Made by a program: the position numbers and the translations under genes. The notes below the pieces were generated by a model that was not told the origin of the DNA, did not search any database, and worked only from the letters and a program-made list of their open reading frames with translations. A DNA stretch of 39,126 nt. It comes from a virus. This document shows positions 25,617-33,873 of the stretch, one piece after another. The DNA lies in the IMG/VR virus record IMGVR_UViG_3300027518_000001; one strand, written 5' to 3'. Each line of letters starts with the position of its first letter. Position 1 is the stretch's first letter.

Positions 25617-26006
25617 ATGTCTGATGAACTGACTGTCTCCAACCCATGCTACCAGTGCATGATTCAGATGGAACTATGTATGGACTGCCAAGACCTACGC
25701 GACTCACGGGCGACTAACATCGCCCATGAGATAGTAGATGAGGCAAACCTCATCTACCCTGCGCAGTGGCACAGTATAACTGAACCAAGTGGACACGAAT
25801 GGGTCAGCCCTACCACAAGGGTAGAGCCGTATTTCGTTTACGTTACCCAAACATGGGAAGATACCCGTGACGAGTTCCTCGAACCTATCACCAACCTATC
25901 CGATAGGTTCTTTGAACTGGTTGTGGACTTAGGTCCACATGAGATGGTCTGTCAAGACTGTCGAATGGTGTGTAACAAGCACGCTGTATGTCCAAGTTGT
26001 AACTAA
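25617..26006 (+). CDS. Cys-rich early protein (129 aa) with two zinc-ribbon-like clusters
   Basis: CYQC-x6-CMDC near the N-terminus and CQDC-x3-C-x5-CPSC at the C-terminus. GAAAGGAAAG SD. Confidence 0.7.
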   Translation: MSDELTVSNPCYQCMIQMELCMDCQDLRDSRATNIAHEIVDEANLIYPAQWHSITEPSGHEWVSPTTRVEPYFVYVTQTWEDTRDEFLEPITNLSDRFFELVVDLGPHEMVCQDCRMVCNKHAVCPSCN

Positions 26007-26083
26007 CAAACCAAGCAGACCTGCTCTGAACAAGTGCAGGAGCAGGTCTGCACAACAACACTACCAACAGAAAAGGAAACAAA

Positions 26084-26398
26084 ATGAACACAGTCACATT
26101 CAAGAACAGCGTAATCAAGAATGTTGTTGACCGCAATGGTTTCTACACAGCAACCATCAACGACTACGAACAACTACCAACAGGGCGACAGATTTGCTCT
26201 GACTCCACACGCGTAGTTATCTTCGATGAGAAGGTAATCGCAGAACTTCGAGCACTCAACTGGCTCGATGACCAAACCGCATACATCAACGCAGAGGGAA
26301 TCGGTAACACTCGATGGGACCGTCGCCCAAACATTGACAACAAGGACAGAAAGCCTGGTCTCAAGCAGGTAGTCCTTACCTCAGTATCGCAAGCATAA
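26084..26398 (+). CDS. Early protein (104 aa), possibly OB-fold/SSB-like
   Basis: ORF with an AAAGGAAA SD. Its hydrophobic/Gly/Trp pattern is loosely SSB-like, which is weak evidence. Confidence 0.6.
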   Translation: MNTVTFKNSVIKNVVDRNGFYTATINDYEQLPTGRQICSDSTRVVIFDEKVIAELRALNWLDDQTAYINAEGIGNTRWDRRPNIDNKDRKPGLKQVVLTSVSQA

Positions 26399-26403
26399 AC
26401 AAA

Positions 26404-26450
26404 GAGGGGTGGGTGGGGGCTTAGGCTCTCACTCACCTCTCCATTTTTTT
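26404..26450 (+). terminator. Strand-specific rho-independent terminator closing the first early operon
   Basis: 16-bp stem 26404-26419/26426-26441 that includes 4 G-U pairs (so it folds only in plus-strand RNA), a 6-nt loop, then TTTTTTT at 26444-26450. Confidence 0.7.
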
Positions 26451-26514
26451 GCTCGGCCCAGGGCAGTTAACACGGATAACTACAAGTCCATTATATAATT
26501 AGAAAGGTAACAGA

Positions 26515-26727
26515 ATGTTATTAGATTCCATAACTATACTTGCAATACTAATAGCGTTGAGCACAAGTATTGCAGTTATTACACTAGCAATTAGGCAGAA
26601 CATGTTGTTAATGAAAGAGAATACAAATCTGCGCCGTGCTTTAAGAACGGAAAAGCAGGCGCGTAGTAACTACTACTACATAGACCCAGATGTAGCAAAG
26701 GAAGACTTATGGTCAAAGAGTTCATAA
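26515..26727 (+). CDS. Small membrane-anchored protein (70 aa)
   Basis: N-terminal hydrophobic helix ITILAILIALSTSIAVITLAI. Confidence 0.6.
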   Translation: MLLDSITILAILIALSTSIAVITLAIRQNMLLMKENTNLRRALRTEKQARSNYYYIDPDVAKEDLWSKSS

Positions 26728-26891
26728 CCAAAGCGCACTATCCAGTGCAAAGTAAATACAAAATAGATGAATGTCATGCATGTGGCATGGACATTCTTGT
26801 AGATAGAGATAAGACAGCGCCCCGAAACTACTGCAGCCCATGTGCATGGGCAAAGTTAGGAGAAACAAACTATGTCGTACACAGTTCATGA
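26709..26891 (+). CDS. Zinc-ribbon mini-protein (60 aa)
   Basis: CHAC ... CSPC. Confidence 0.55.
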   Translation: MVKEFITKAHYPVQSKYKIDECHACGMDILVDRDKTAPRNYCSPCAWAKLGETNYVVHSS

Positions 26892-27015
26892 AATAGCGGA
26901 CTTGAATGAGTCCATTGATGCAGCAATAGCATCAATCAAGAAAGCCAACGCTATCCTCGAAGAGATGATGGCGACTGGACGAATCTATATAGAAGGAGAA
27001 GACAATGAGTGGTAG
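26872..27015 (+). CDS. Mini-ORF (47 aa, below the track cutoff)
   Basis: AGGAG lies 9 nt before the ATG. MSYTVHEIADLNESIDAAIASIKKANAILEEMMATGRIYIEGEDNEW. It bridges two flanking ORFs with overlaps. Confidence 0.4.
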   Translation: MSYTVHEIADLNESIDAAIASIKKANAILEEMMATGRIYIEGEDNEW

Positions 27016-27187
27016 AACTCATACAGCAATTAGAGCCAAAGCATCAGAGTATGCAAAAACATTTCTTGCAAAAAAATACAGAGAGGAATATCAAGAACTG
27101 TACCGCGCATACCTAATTAATAGAGGAGTTGCTGTGCGTGAACAAGGCAATGTAATAGATGAGCGTCTATTAGTTAAGGAACAGTAA
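27005..27187 (+). CDS. Hypothetical basic protein (60 aa)
   Basis: ORF in the coupled series. Confidence 0.5.
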   Translation: MSGRTHTAIRAKASEYAKTFLAKKYREEYQELYRAYLINRGVAVREQGNVIDERLLVKEQ

Positions 27188-27294
27188 TGACAGGCCCATA
27201 CATACCACCATATTGTGAAGTATGCGAGCAGTATAACTTTACATGTGACGAATGTGGACTATGCAAAGAGTGTGATGATTGTGAAGAAGAATGA
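27187..27294 (+). CDS. Cys-rich mini-ORF (35 aa, below the track cutoff)
   Basis: MTGPYIPPYCEVCEQYNFTCDECGLCKECDDCEEE. TAATG and ATGA overlaps with its neighbours. Confidence 0.45.
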   Translation: MTGPYIPPYCEVCEQYNFTCDECGLCKECDDCEEE

Positions 27295-27512
27295 AAGTAT
27301 TTAACACACTACAAGAAGCAATTGATTCTATTGGCTATGGCTTATGCTCACTATGCGAAGCAAAGCATGAGTTCCCTAATGTTAAATGCGACTTAATGAT
27401 TGGAGAAAAAATGGGCTACGAACCACCGCTTGAAGATGACATAGCACTAGACAAAGATGTAGAAGATGAAGAAGATACGGGAGAACCAGACAGGATGTGG
27501 GGAGATGAATGA
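27291..27512 (+). CDS. Acidic protein with a CxxC motif (73 aa)
   Basis: CSLCEAKHEFPNVKC and an acidic tail LEDDIALDKDVEDEEDTGEPD. Confidence 0.55.
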   Translation: MKVFNTLQEAIDSIGYGLCSLCEAKHEFPNVKCDLMIGEKMGYEPPLEDDIALDKDVEDEEDTGEPDRMWGDE

Positions 27513-27600
27513 CATTACATTCCTCCCTCTCACACCATTACAGTCCTGGGTCTTCCTCATTACAGTTTTCTATATCCTCTACAGATGGGTTGTTAGATGA
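27505..27600 (+). CDS. Possible 31-aa transmembrane mini-ORF
   Basis: MNDITFLPLTPLQSWVFLITVFYILYRWVVR. Overlaps both neighbours (the ATGA junction at 27597-27600). No clear SD. Confidence 0.3.
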   Translation: MNDITFLPLTPLQSWVFLITVFYILYRWVVR

Positions 27601-28010
27601 ATAAACTATTCGCAATATTTACGGCATGGTATGTAGCATTCCTATCGCTACTACCATGGCAGATAGCACCAATACCAACACATACAGAACTAAAACCTAC
27701 AGAGATGAGCGAGTTTCATTGGACACCTCGTGCTCTAAAACTATATGCAAAACAGTTCATGAAGATGGCCTATCCCGAGTGGAATATGTCTGAGCATCGT
27801 GCACTTATGAAACTATGGGGAAAGGAATCAGCCTGGAATCCAGCAGCAGATAACCCAAACAGTTCTGCATTTGGTATTCCACAACTGTTAAACCTTGACC
27901 CGTCAACGCCAGCCCCGCTTCAGATTGAGCGGGGGCTGGCTTATATCCAGCACCGTTATGACAAACCATCAGTCGCTTGGTCACATTGGCGAAGCAATGG
28001 CTGGTACTAA
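27597..28010 (+). CDS. Secreted or membrane-anchored lysozyme-like (SLT-type) transglycosylase
   Basis: N-terminal signal/TM segment MNKLFAIFTAWYVAFLSLLPW. Catalytic-type WGKESAWNPAADNPNSSAFGIPQLL and a C-terminal ...AWSHWRSNGWY. Confidence 0.65.
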   Translation: MNKLFAIFTAWYVAFLSLLPWQIAPIPTHTELKPTEMSEFHWTPRALKLYAKQFMKMAYPEWNMSEHRALMKLWGKESAWNPAADNPNSSAFGIPQLLNLDPSTPAPLQIERGLAYIQHRYDKPSVAWSHWRSNGWY

Positions 28011-28024
28011 CTAAGGAGAAAGAA

Positions 28025-28522
28025 ATGACAGTAACAGCAGAAGAAATCCAAAACTACCACAACATCTTGTTAGATGAGAATGGTAAAGAAGAACAACTAC
28101 AAGCACAGCGCAAGCGTTTAACTGACGCTATTTATACACAGGTTGATTCAGATACAGCACCAGATGATGACCACATTGCAGAGGTAACAGCAGCAATGAA
28201 TAAAGATATTCAATTGCGTGACTTCATGTTAGGTTTACCATCTGAGCGTCCAATTGAAGTAGTAAATACTTACCTCGCATCCTTTATGGATGTAGTTCCA
28301 GGTGAGTTTATCGCACCAGTTGCTAGTGTATTGGCTGCTAACTTGTATTCAATTGAAGATACATCAGCCAAAGATGTACTATCACAGGCGCTAGAGAACA
28401 ACCCAAGTTATTCACTAGCCCAGTTACTTAACCGTGTATTCAATTCAGGCTGGCCTGCAGGTGCGTTTGTTGCCATGACATACGAACTACACCCAAAGGT
28501 TAAAGAAGGTATGGGTATCTAA
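28025..28522 (+). CDS. Hypothetical protein (165 aa)
   Basis: I trimmed the track ORF 27977-28522 to the ATG at 28025, which follows an AAGGAGAAAGAA SD. Confidence 0.6.
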   Translation: MTVTAEEIQNYHNILLDENGKEEQLQAQRKRLTDAIYTQVDSDTAPDDDHIAEVTAAMNKDIQLRDFMLGLPSERPIEVVNTYLASFMDVVPGEFIAPVASVLAANLYSIEDTSAKDVLSQALENNPSYSLAQLLNRVFNSGWPAGAFVAMTYELHPKVKEGMGI

Positions 28523-28524
28523 TC

Positions 28525-29001
28525 ATGGGATTGGATATGTATCTTTATGCCCGTAAAGGCATAGCATCTATTGACTGGCAGCCAGAGAAAAAACTTAACG
28601 CTGACTACACAATACTAACCGCTCTTATGGGAGCAACAGATTGGGCTTATGACCCAAACGAACTAGCCTTTGCTCAGGTATCTATTCAAGTTGGATACTG
28701 GCGTAAGGTTAATGCTATCCATAACTGGTTCATTCAAGAACTAGCAGATGGAGAAGACAACTGTCAGCCAATCTATGTGCCTCGCAGTTCTTTGGTTGAC
28801 CTAAAAATTATATGCGAACAAGTATTGGCAGACCACAGTAAAGCAAATACACTACTGCCAACAGGCTCTGGTTTCTTCTTTGGAAGCACAGAGTATGACG
28901 AATGGTATTTTCATGGTCTTGAAAAAACCGTGAAGATAGTAAGTAAACTCATTGAAGATGTACCCGAAGGATGGGCCTTCGAGTATCAGGCTTCATGGTA
29001 A
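28525..29001 (+). CDS. Conserved phage hypothetical protein (158 aa)
   Basis: MGLDMYLYARK...GYWRKVNAIHNWF...GFFFGSTEYDEWY, a pattern I recall from many phages with no assigned function. Confidence 0.6.
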   Translation: MGLDMYLYARKGIASIDWQPEKKLNADYTILTALMGATDWAYDPNELAFAQVSIQVGYWRKVNAIHNWFIQELADGEDNCQPIYVPRSSLVDLKIICEQVLADHSKANTLLPTGSGFFFGSTEYDEWYFHGLEKTVKIVSKLIEDVPEGWAFEYQASW

Positions 29002-29013
29002 AGAAAGGGACGC

Positions 29014-29967
29014 ATGACTACAGCAGATGTAGTAGAAAAGAAAAACCGTTCAGCCTGGATTAAAGCGGGCGTAGCGGTAGAAGCAACCAGCGCAGCACAG
29101 GTAGCACAACAAGCAGGACTTAACTGGACTGTTGGATTATCTGAAATGCACACCTCCGACTTCTTGCATGTACCAAAGAAGCAAGCAGTCGTAAAAACAC
29201 ATGATGGAAAAGAGTCAGTCATTGGTGTAGTGGGTAACAAATACAAAGTCTTTCAGAACTCTGAAGTCTTTGGCTCACTAGATGGATTGATTGATTCAGG
29301 CGAGGCTCGCTATGCAGCAGCAGGTGAGTACGATGACGGAGCAAAAGTATGGATGCTCATGTCATTACCAAAAGAAATGGAAATCCAGGGCGACCCACAT
29401 GCTGCCTTCTTACTAGCCAAGACTAGTCATGACGGTTCATCATCGGTAGTAGTACGCCCTATCATTGAACGATTGTTTTGTGCTAATCAAATCAATCGTA
29501 TCTTTAGAGCCAAGAACAAAGCACATACATATACACTGCGTCATACACAAAACGCGGTGCTATCAGTATCTGATATGCGAAACATTCTTGACCTAACCTA
29601 CACCAGTATTGATGAGTATAGCAATCTTGCTAACTATCTAATGCAGCGTGAAGCAGACATCAACAAAGCAACTGCGTACTTCAAAAAGGTATGGGCATTG
29701 CCAACCAAAATAGAGAACGCACCGCTGCACCTACTATCCAAGGGTGAAAAGAACGCCAAGTCTCGTGCTCTCAATGCACGACAAAAGGCGTTTGCTATCT
29801 ACTCAGATAGCCCAACGCAAGAGAACATTCGCGGAACAGAGTTTGGTTTATGGCAAGCAGTTGTAGAATATGCTGACCATTACTCTCAGAAAGATGCTAG
29901 TATTGCTACCCTAGCAGGGCGTAATGATGGCATTAAACTACGAGCACTAGAACTAGTCGGAATCTAA
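29014..29967 (+). CDS. DUF932 (phage/plasmid-like protein) family
   Basis: AQQAGLNWTV and VGNKYKVFQNSEVFGSLDGLIDSGEARYAAAGEYDDGAKVWMLMSLP match the DUF932 pattern from memory. Confidence 0.65.
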   Translation: MTTADVVEKKNRSAWIKAGVAVEATSAAQVAQQAGLNWTVGLSEMHTSDFLHVPKKQAVVKTHDGKESVIGVVGNKYKVFQNSEVFGSLDGLIDSGEARYAAAGEYDDGAKVWMLMSLPKEMEIQGDPHAAFLLAKTSHDGSSSVVVRPIIERLFCANQINRIFRAKNKAHTYTLRHTQNAVLSVSDMRNILDLTYTSIDEYSNLANYLMQREADINKATAYFKKVWALPTKIENAPLHLLSKGEKNAKSRALNARQKAFAIYSDSPTQENIRGTEFGLWQAVVEYADHYSQKDASIATLAGRNDGIKLRALELVGI

Positions 29968-29972
29968 GGAGA

Positions 29973-30410
29973 ATGATGTACTTAAACCCAATAACAGTAG
30001 ACGCAGTAACTTACAACTTCACAGAAGAGTCACTCAAAGAACTAATCAAGAGTGAGTCTGCTACTAAGTTGAGACTAGAATCAGTCTCACTTGAAGCACA
30101 AGAAGGCTATAGAAAGATTGCAACTTTGCGTGGCAAAGTGTACGATTTCTTTTCGGAAGCATTTGATGATGGTTCAGATGAAGTAACAGTTACACGTGAC
30201 GATGTGAACGAATTACTAGAGTCAATCGGTTCAGATGTACTTACTGCAACCTGGTCAGCAACTGTAGAGATTACAGTTACTGTTACTGGTATCAAGGCTA
30301 CCTCCCCTGAGGAAGTTGAAGATATCATTACGGACAACATCGAAGTCAGCGGCTACGACTTAGAGTTGCACGACCCAGATGTACGAGTACAAGACATCGA
30401 GCGAGAGTAA
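29973..30410 (+). CDS. Strongly acidic hypothetical protein (145 aa)
   Basis: ORF after an AAGGAGA SD. D/E-rich throughout. Confidence 0.6.
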   Translation: MMYLNPITVDAVTYNFTEESLKELIKSESATKLRLESVSLEAQEGYRKIATLRGKVYDFFSEAFDDGSDEVTVTRDDVNELLESIGSDVLTATWSATVEITVTVTGIKATSPEEVEDIITDNIEVSGYDLELHDPDVRVQDIERE

Positions 30411-30428
30411 CCAACATCAGCAGCGCTA

Positions 30429-30469
30429 TCTGACACATAGGAGTTTATTCATTTCTACTATGTGTTAGA
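30429..30469 (+). other. Intergenic hairpin (12-bp stem with one G-U pair, 17-nt loop) without a U-tract
   Basis: TCTGACACATAG ... CTATGTGTTAGA. A second GTCCCG-n13-CGGGAC stem follows. Confidence 0.3.
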
Positions 30470-30525
30470 CTTGGGGATGGGTGGTCCCGCCATCTGCGAA
30501 CACGGGACACTAAACAAGGAGACAA

Positions 30526-31308
30526 ATGCCAACAGAAATAGCAAGAGATAGATACGGTAGACCAATGGTTGTGCCACCAAAAGGTGGTAAAGCAATTGCT
30601 TATACTCGCGCTACTACAATCGCTAATAGTCTTGATGATGCGTCAGCATTAACGGCATGGAAAATGAGAATGGCTGCAATAGGTTTAACAAGCAGACCAG
30701 ACTTGCTACTAGCAATAGGTGTAGCAGCAGAAGATAACAAGTTAGTTAATGCATACATTGAAGAAGCCATGGATGCAGCAGGTGCAAGTAAGGCAGCAAC
30801 AATAGGCACAGCCATACACGCACTAACAGAAAAGTTAGATTTAGGATTAGAATTAGGTCCAGTACCAGAACAATGGATGCCAGACATTAAAGCCTACGAA
30901 CAAGCAACCAGTATATTAACTAACTTATTCATTGAACAGTTCACAGTTCTTGATAAGTTTAAGATTGCTGGCACACCAGATAGAGTTGTTGAGTACAAAG
31001 GTGAGCGATTTATTGCTGACCTTAAGACAGGTCGCATTGACCATCCAAATAATATATCAATGCAGTTAGCAATTTATGCCAACGGCATGCCGTATATGGT
31101 GGACACGGCAAGCCGTGGCACATGGGGCGACATCAACAAAGAGAAAGCAATTATAATTCATGCCCCAGCAGGGACAGGAACATGCAAACTAGTATGGGTT
31201 GACATCAAAGAAGGATGGAAAGGTGTACAGTTTGCAATGAAAGTAAGACAGTGGCGTGACCAGAAGGGTCTAGCCACTCCATTTGAGCAAGGAGAAGATA
31301 GTGCCTAG
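30526..31308 (+). CDS. PD-(D/E)XK RecB/Cas4-like exonuclease
   Basis: GTAIHALTE, GTPDRVV, IADLKTG (D..DxK core) and QLAIYA (QxxxY). Confidence 0.65.
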   Translation: MPTEIARDRYGRPMVVPPKGGKAIAYTRATTIANSLDDASALTAWKMRMAAIGLTSRPDLLLAIGVAAEDNKLVNAYIEEAMDAAGASKAATIGTAIHALTEKLDLGLELGPVPEQWMPDIKAYEQATSILTNLFIEQFTVLDKFKIAGTPDRVVEYKGERFIADLKTGRIDHPNNISMQLAIYANGMPYMVDTASRGTWGDINKEKAIIIHAPAGTGTCKLVWVDIKEGWKGVQFAMKVRQWRDQKGLATPFEQGEDSA

Positions 31309-31753
31309 CACAGAAGCACCAATCAGTATCACAGTAAAAACAGCAGCAGGTAGTTTAGTAACAGTCCGTGCAGAAAGCGGAGACGAACTAGACAACATCA
31401 TTGCACTATCAGTGCATGCAATCGCATCAGCAGCACAAGAACTAGAGTCCGCAGTACGCGGTACTCCAGCCCCATCAGCACAGTCAGTAGCAGCAGCGTT
31501 CAATGGCAACATCATTGAAACAGGAGCACCAGTTCCTACCCAAGAATATGCACCAGCACCAGCACCAATCATTGGTGGGCGCAATTGTCCACACGGTAAG
31601 ATGACTGCAATTCAAGGCATGGGTAAAGATGGTAAGCCATATAAAGGTTACTTCTGCCCAGCACCGAAGGGTGCATTTGATAAGTGTAAAAATCAATATG
31701 TCACAGTTCAGTCACCCGATTGGAACACATTTGTTCCAGAACAGATTAAGTGA
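31301..31753 (+). CDS. Hypothetical protein with a C-terminal Cys cluster (CPHG...FC...C)
   Basis: I trimmed the track ORF 31283-31753 to the GTG at 31301, 6 nt after AAGGAG. Confidence 0.5.
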   Translation: MPSTEAPISITVKTAAGSLVTVRAESGDELDNIIALSVHAIASAAQELESAVRGTPAPSAQSVAAAFNGNIIETGAPVPTQEYAPAPAPIIGGRNCPHGKMTAIQGMGKDGKPYKGYFCPAPKGAFDKCKNQYVTVQSPDWNTFVPEQIK

Positions 31754-32562
31754 AAACCCTTAAACGCTCTATAAATAAAGCAGAGGTAGGTGGCGAACCA
31801 TTACCACCTGCCTTTGCTGCATTTGAAAGGGCTGGTATTATTCTGCGTCGAGCAGAAGTAACTGTAATCGCTGGCACTCCAGGTGCAGGCAAGTCATCAG
31901 TTGCATTGTCTATTGCTGCAAAAACAAAACATCCGACACTTTACTTTTCAGCAGATACCAATGCACACACAATGGCTATGCGCTTGATTGCCATGACTGG
32001 CAAGATGACACAAACAGCAGCAGAAAGTTTGCTAAAGAATAACCCAAACAAGTCACATGAAATACTGCAACTCAACAATCATTTGTTCTGGTCATTTGAA
32101 TCTAGCCCTACACTCAAAGACTTAGATGATGAAGTCTCAGCCTTTGAAACTGTATGGGGTAAGAGTCCTACCTTGATTGTGGTAGACAACCTAATGGATG
32201 TAGCAATGGATGGGTACGATGAGTTTGGTGCAATGCGTGCCGTTATGAAAGAACTTAAGTATCTAGCCAGAGATACCAACGCAGCAGTGTTGGTACTACA
32301 CCATACTAAAGAAGGCTTTGATGGCTATCCTTGTCAGCCGCGTAGCGCAGTGCAAGGCATGGTCAATCAGATACCAGCAATGGTACTTACAATCGGACAG
32401 ATGAAACAAGGAGATGAAACATATCTATGTGTAGCCCCAGTTAAAAACAGATACGGACGGGCTGACCAGACAGGCAGCAACTATGTTACTCTGTCATTTA
32501 ATCCTGAGTCTATGTACTTAGAAGATGTAACAGTTAGATACCAACAAGAGGAGGTAGTGTAA
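31750..32562 (+). CDS. RecA-fold ATPase, DnaB C-terminal/RepA (AAA_25)-like; likely replicative helicase
   Basis: Walker A VIAGTPGAGKSS, Walker B LIVVDNLMD, VLVLHHTKEG. GTG start overlapping the upstream TGA. Confidence 0.6.
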   Translation: MKTLKRSINKAEVGGEPLPPAFAAFERAGIILRRAEVTVIAGTPGAGKSSVALSIAAKTKHPTLYFSADTNAHTMAMRLIAMTGKMTQTAAESLLKNNPNKSHEILQLNNHLFWSFESSPTLKDLDDEVSAFETVWGKSPTLIVVDNLMDVAMDGYDEFGAMRAVMKELKYLARDTNAAVLVLHHTKEGFDGYPCQPRSAVQGMVNQIPAMVLTIGQMKQGDETYLCVAPVKNRYGRADQTGSNYVTLSFNPESMYLEDVTVRYQQEEVV

Positions 32563-32705
32563 TGCCAAAGTATAGAGTTACATACTCACAATATAAAGTA
32601 AAAGTTATTCGTGCATCATCATTAAAGATAGCCGAAGAACGTGCAAAGAAAGCAGAAACAGGTAGATGGGAACTAACGGAAGTTAGGGACGAGCCACAAG
32701 AATGA
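32562..32705 (+). CDS. Mini-ORF (47 aa, below the track cutoff)
   Basis: MPKYRVTYSQYKVKVIRASSLKIAEERAKKAETGRWELTEVRDEPQE. A TAATG junction upstream and an overlap with the next ATG. Confidence 0.45.
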   Translation: MPKYRVTYSQYKVKVIRASSLKIAEERAKKAETGRWELTEVRDEPQE

Positions 32706-33046
32706 GTACAGCAGCCAAGCGTAAAGGCAGCAAAGCAGAAGCAGATGCTGTCAAGTGGTTAAAGGTTAATGGCTTTCCATATGCAGACCGCAGAATTGCA
32801 GGAGCACAACTAGACAAAGGTGATATCAGCGGTGTGAATGGAGTGACCATCGAGGTTAAAGACCACGTCCGCATGGACTTGAGCGCTTGGGTCAAAGAGT
32901 TAGAAGTAGAAATTAAGAATGATAACGCGTGGACTGGGACAGTTCTGCACAAGCGGAAAGGTAAGTCAGATGTTGGTGAATGGTATTGCACAATGCCAGC
33001 CAGCATTTGGCTTGCCCTAATCAGAAAGGCAATGGGTGAAACATAG
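32702..33046 (+). CDS. Hjc/PD-(D/E)XK-type Holliday-junction resolvase-like endonuclease
   Basis: RKGSKAEADAVKWLKVNGF...DKGDISG...TIEVKD motif order. Confidence 0.5.
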   Translation: MSTAAKRKGSKAEADAVKWLKVNGFPYADRRIAGAQLDKGDISGVNGVTIEVKDHVRMDLSAWVKELEVEIKNDNAWTGTVLHKRKGKSDVGEWYCTMPASIWLALIRKAMGET

Positions 33047-33410
33047 TATCGCGGACTACTTAAGATATGTAGGCGCAGCCGTGCCTGCTGAGGGACACGG
33101 CTGGCGCAAAATTAAGTGTCCATTTCATGCGGACAGTCATGCATCAGCAGGTATTAACTTTGAAGAAAACAGATTCAAATGCCACGGATGTGGTGTTGGT
33201 GGAGATGTATACGATTTAATTATGCATAGAGAAGGAGGTAACTACAGTGAGGCTGTCAAGTTCGCACAGACAATTTCTCTTACAGGCGACGCACCAGTAC
33301 GCAAGTCAGATTCATCTAGCAGCAGAGTATCTAGCAACACGCAATCTCTCGGTCGAAGAGGCGCAACGCTTTCATCTTGGAGTGGTAAAGGACGCTCTTC
33401 CAGGTCATGA
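33036..33410 (+). CDS. DnaG-type primase, CHC2 zinc-binding domain ORF; the last roughly 45 codons are low-complexity read-through
   Basis: CPFHADSHASAGINFEENRFKCHGCGVGGDVYDLI. Sense is lost after ...EAVKFAQT into SDSSSSRVSS...GRSSRS. Confidence 0.7.
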   Translation: MKHSIADYLRYVGAAVPAEGHGWRKIKCPFHADSHASAGINFEENRFKCHGCGVGGDVYDLIMHREGGNYSEAVKFAQTISLTGDAPVRKSDSSSSRVSSNTQSLGRRGATLSSWSGKGRSSRS

Positions 33411-33873
33411 ACAATACACAGGCAGGCTAGCAATACCCTACATAACACCATCAGGTGTAGTTGATATTAGATTCAGAGCAATAAGTAATGCTGACCCAAA
33501 GTATATGGGCATGCCAGGTGCTAAGACCAGCATGTTCAATGCACAAGTAGTTCTTACTGCATCAGATTACATCTGTGTGACAGAAGGAGAAATAGATTGC
33601 ATTACAGTTAGTGTCAAGACTAACCATCCAGCCGTAGGTATTCCAGGAGCCAACAATTGGAAACCGTTTTACTCTAAGATATTAGATGATTTTGATACAG
33701 TAATTGTGTTAGCAGATGGTGACACAGCAGGTATGGATTTTGGCAAGAAGGTTAGCCGAGAGTTAGGTAATGTTAATATAGTGCAGATGCCAGAAGGGCA
33801 TGATGTAAACAGCATAGTAATGCTAGAGGGGGCAGAGTTTATTAATGAGCGAATCCGAAAATGCATTTCTTAA
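33247..33873 (+). CDS. DnaG-type primase, RNA-polymerase/TOPRIM domain ORF, in the +1 frame relative to the zinc-finger ORF
   Basis: AAEYLATRNLSVEEAQRFHLG, ICVTEGEIDCITV and VIVLADGDTAGMDFG (TOPRIM E and DxD). GTG at 33247 lies 8 nt after AGGAGG (33233-33238). Confidence 0.7.
   Translation: MRLSSSHRQFLLQATHQYASQIHLAAEYLATRNLSVEEAQRFHLGVVKDALPGHEQYTGRLAIPYITPSGVVDIRFRAISNADPKYMGMPGAKTSMFNAQVVLTASDYICVTEGEIDCITVSVKTNHPAVGIPGANNWKPFYSKILDDFDTVIVLADGDTAGMDFGKKVSRELGNVNIVQMPEGHDVNSIVMLEGAEFINERIRKCIS

Noticed and set aside
33271-33410. The Ser/Arg-rich tail of the primase zinc-finger ORF as a functional domain
   Set aside because: It is low-complexity (SDSSSSRVSSNTQSLGRRGATLSSWSGKGRSSRS) and overlaps well-formed primase sequence in the +1 frame. 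It is most likely out-of-frame read-through.
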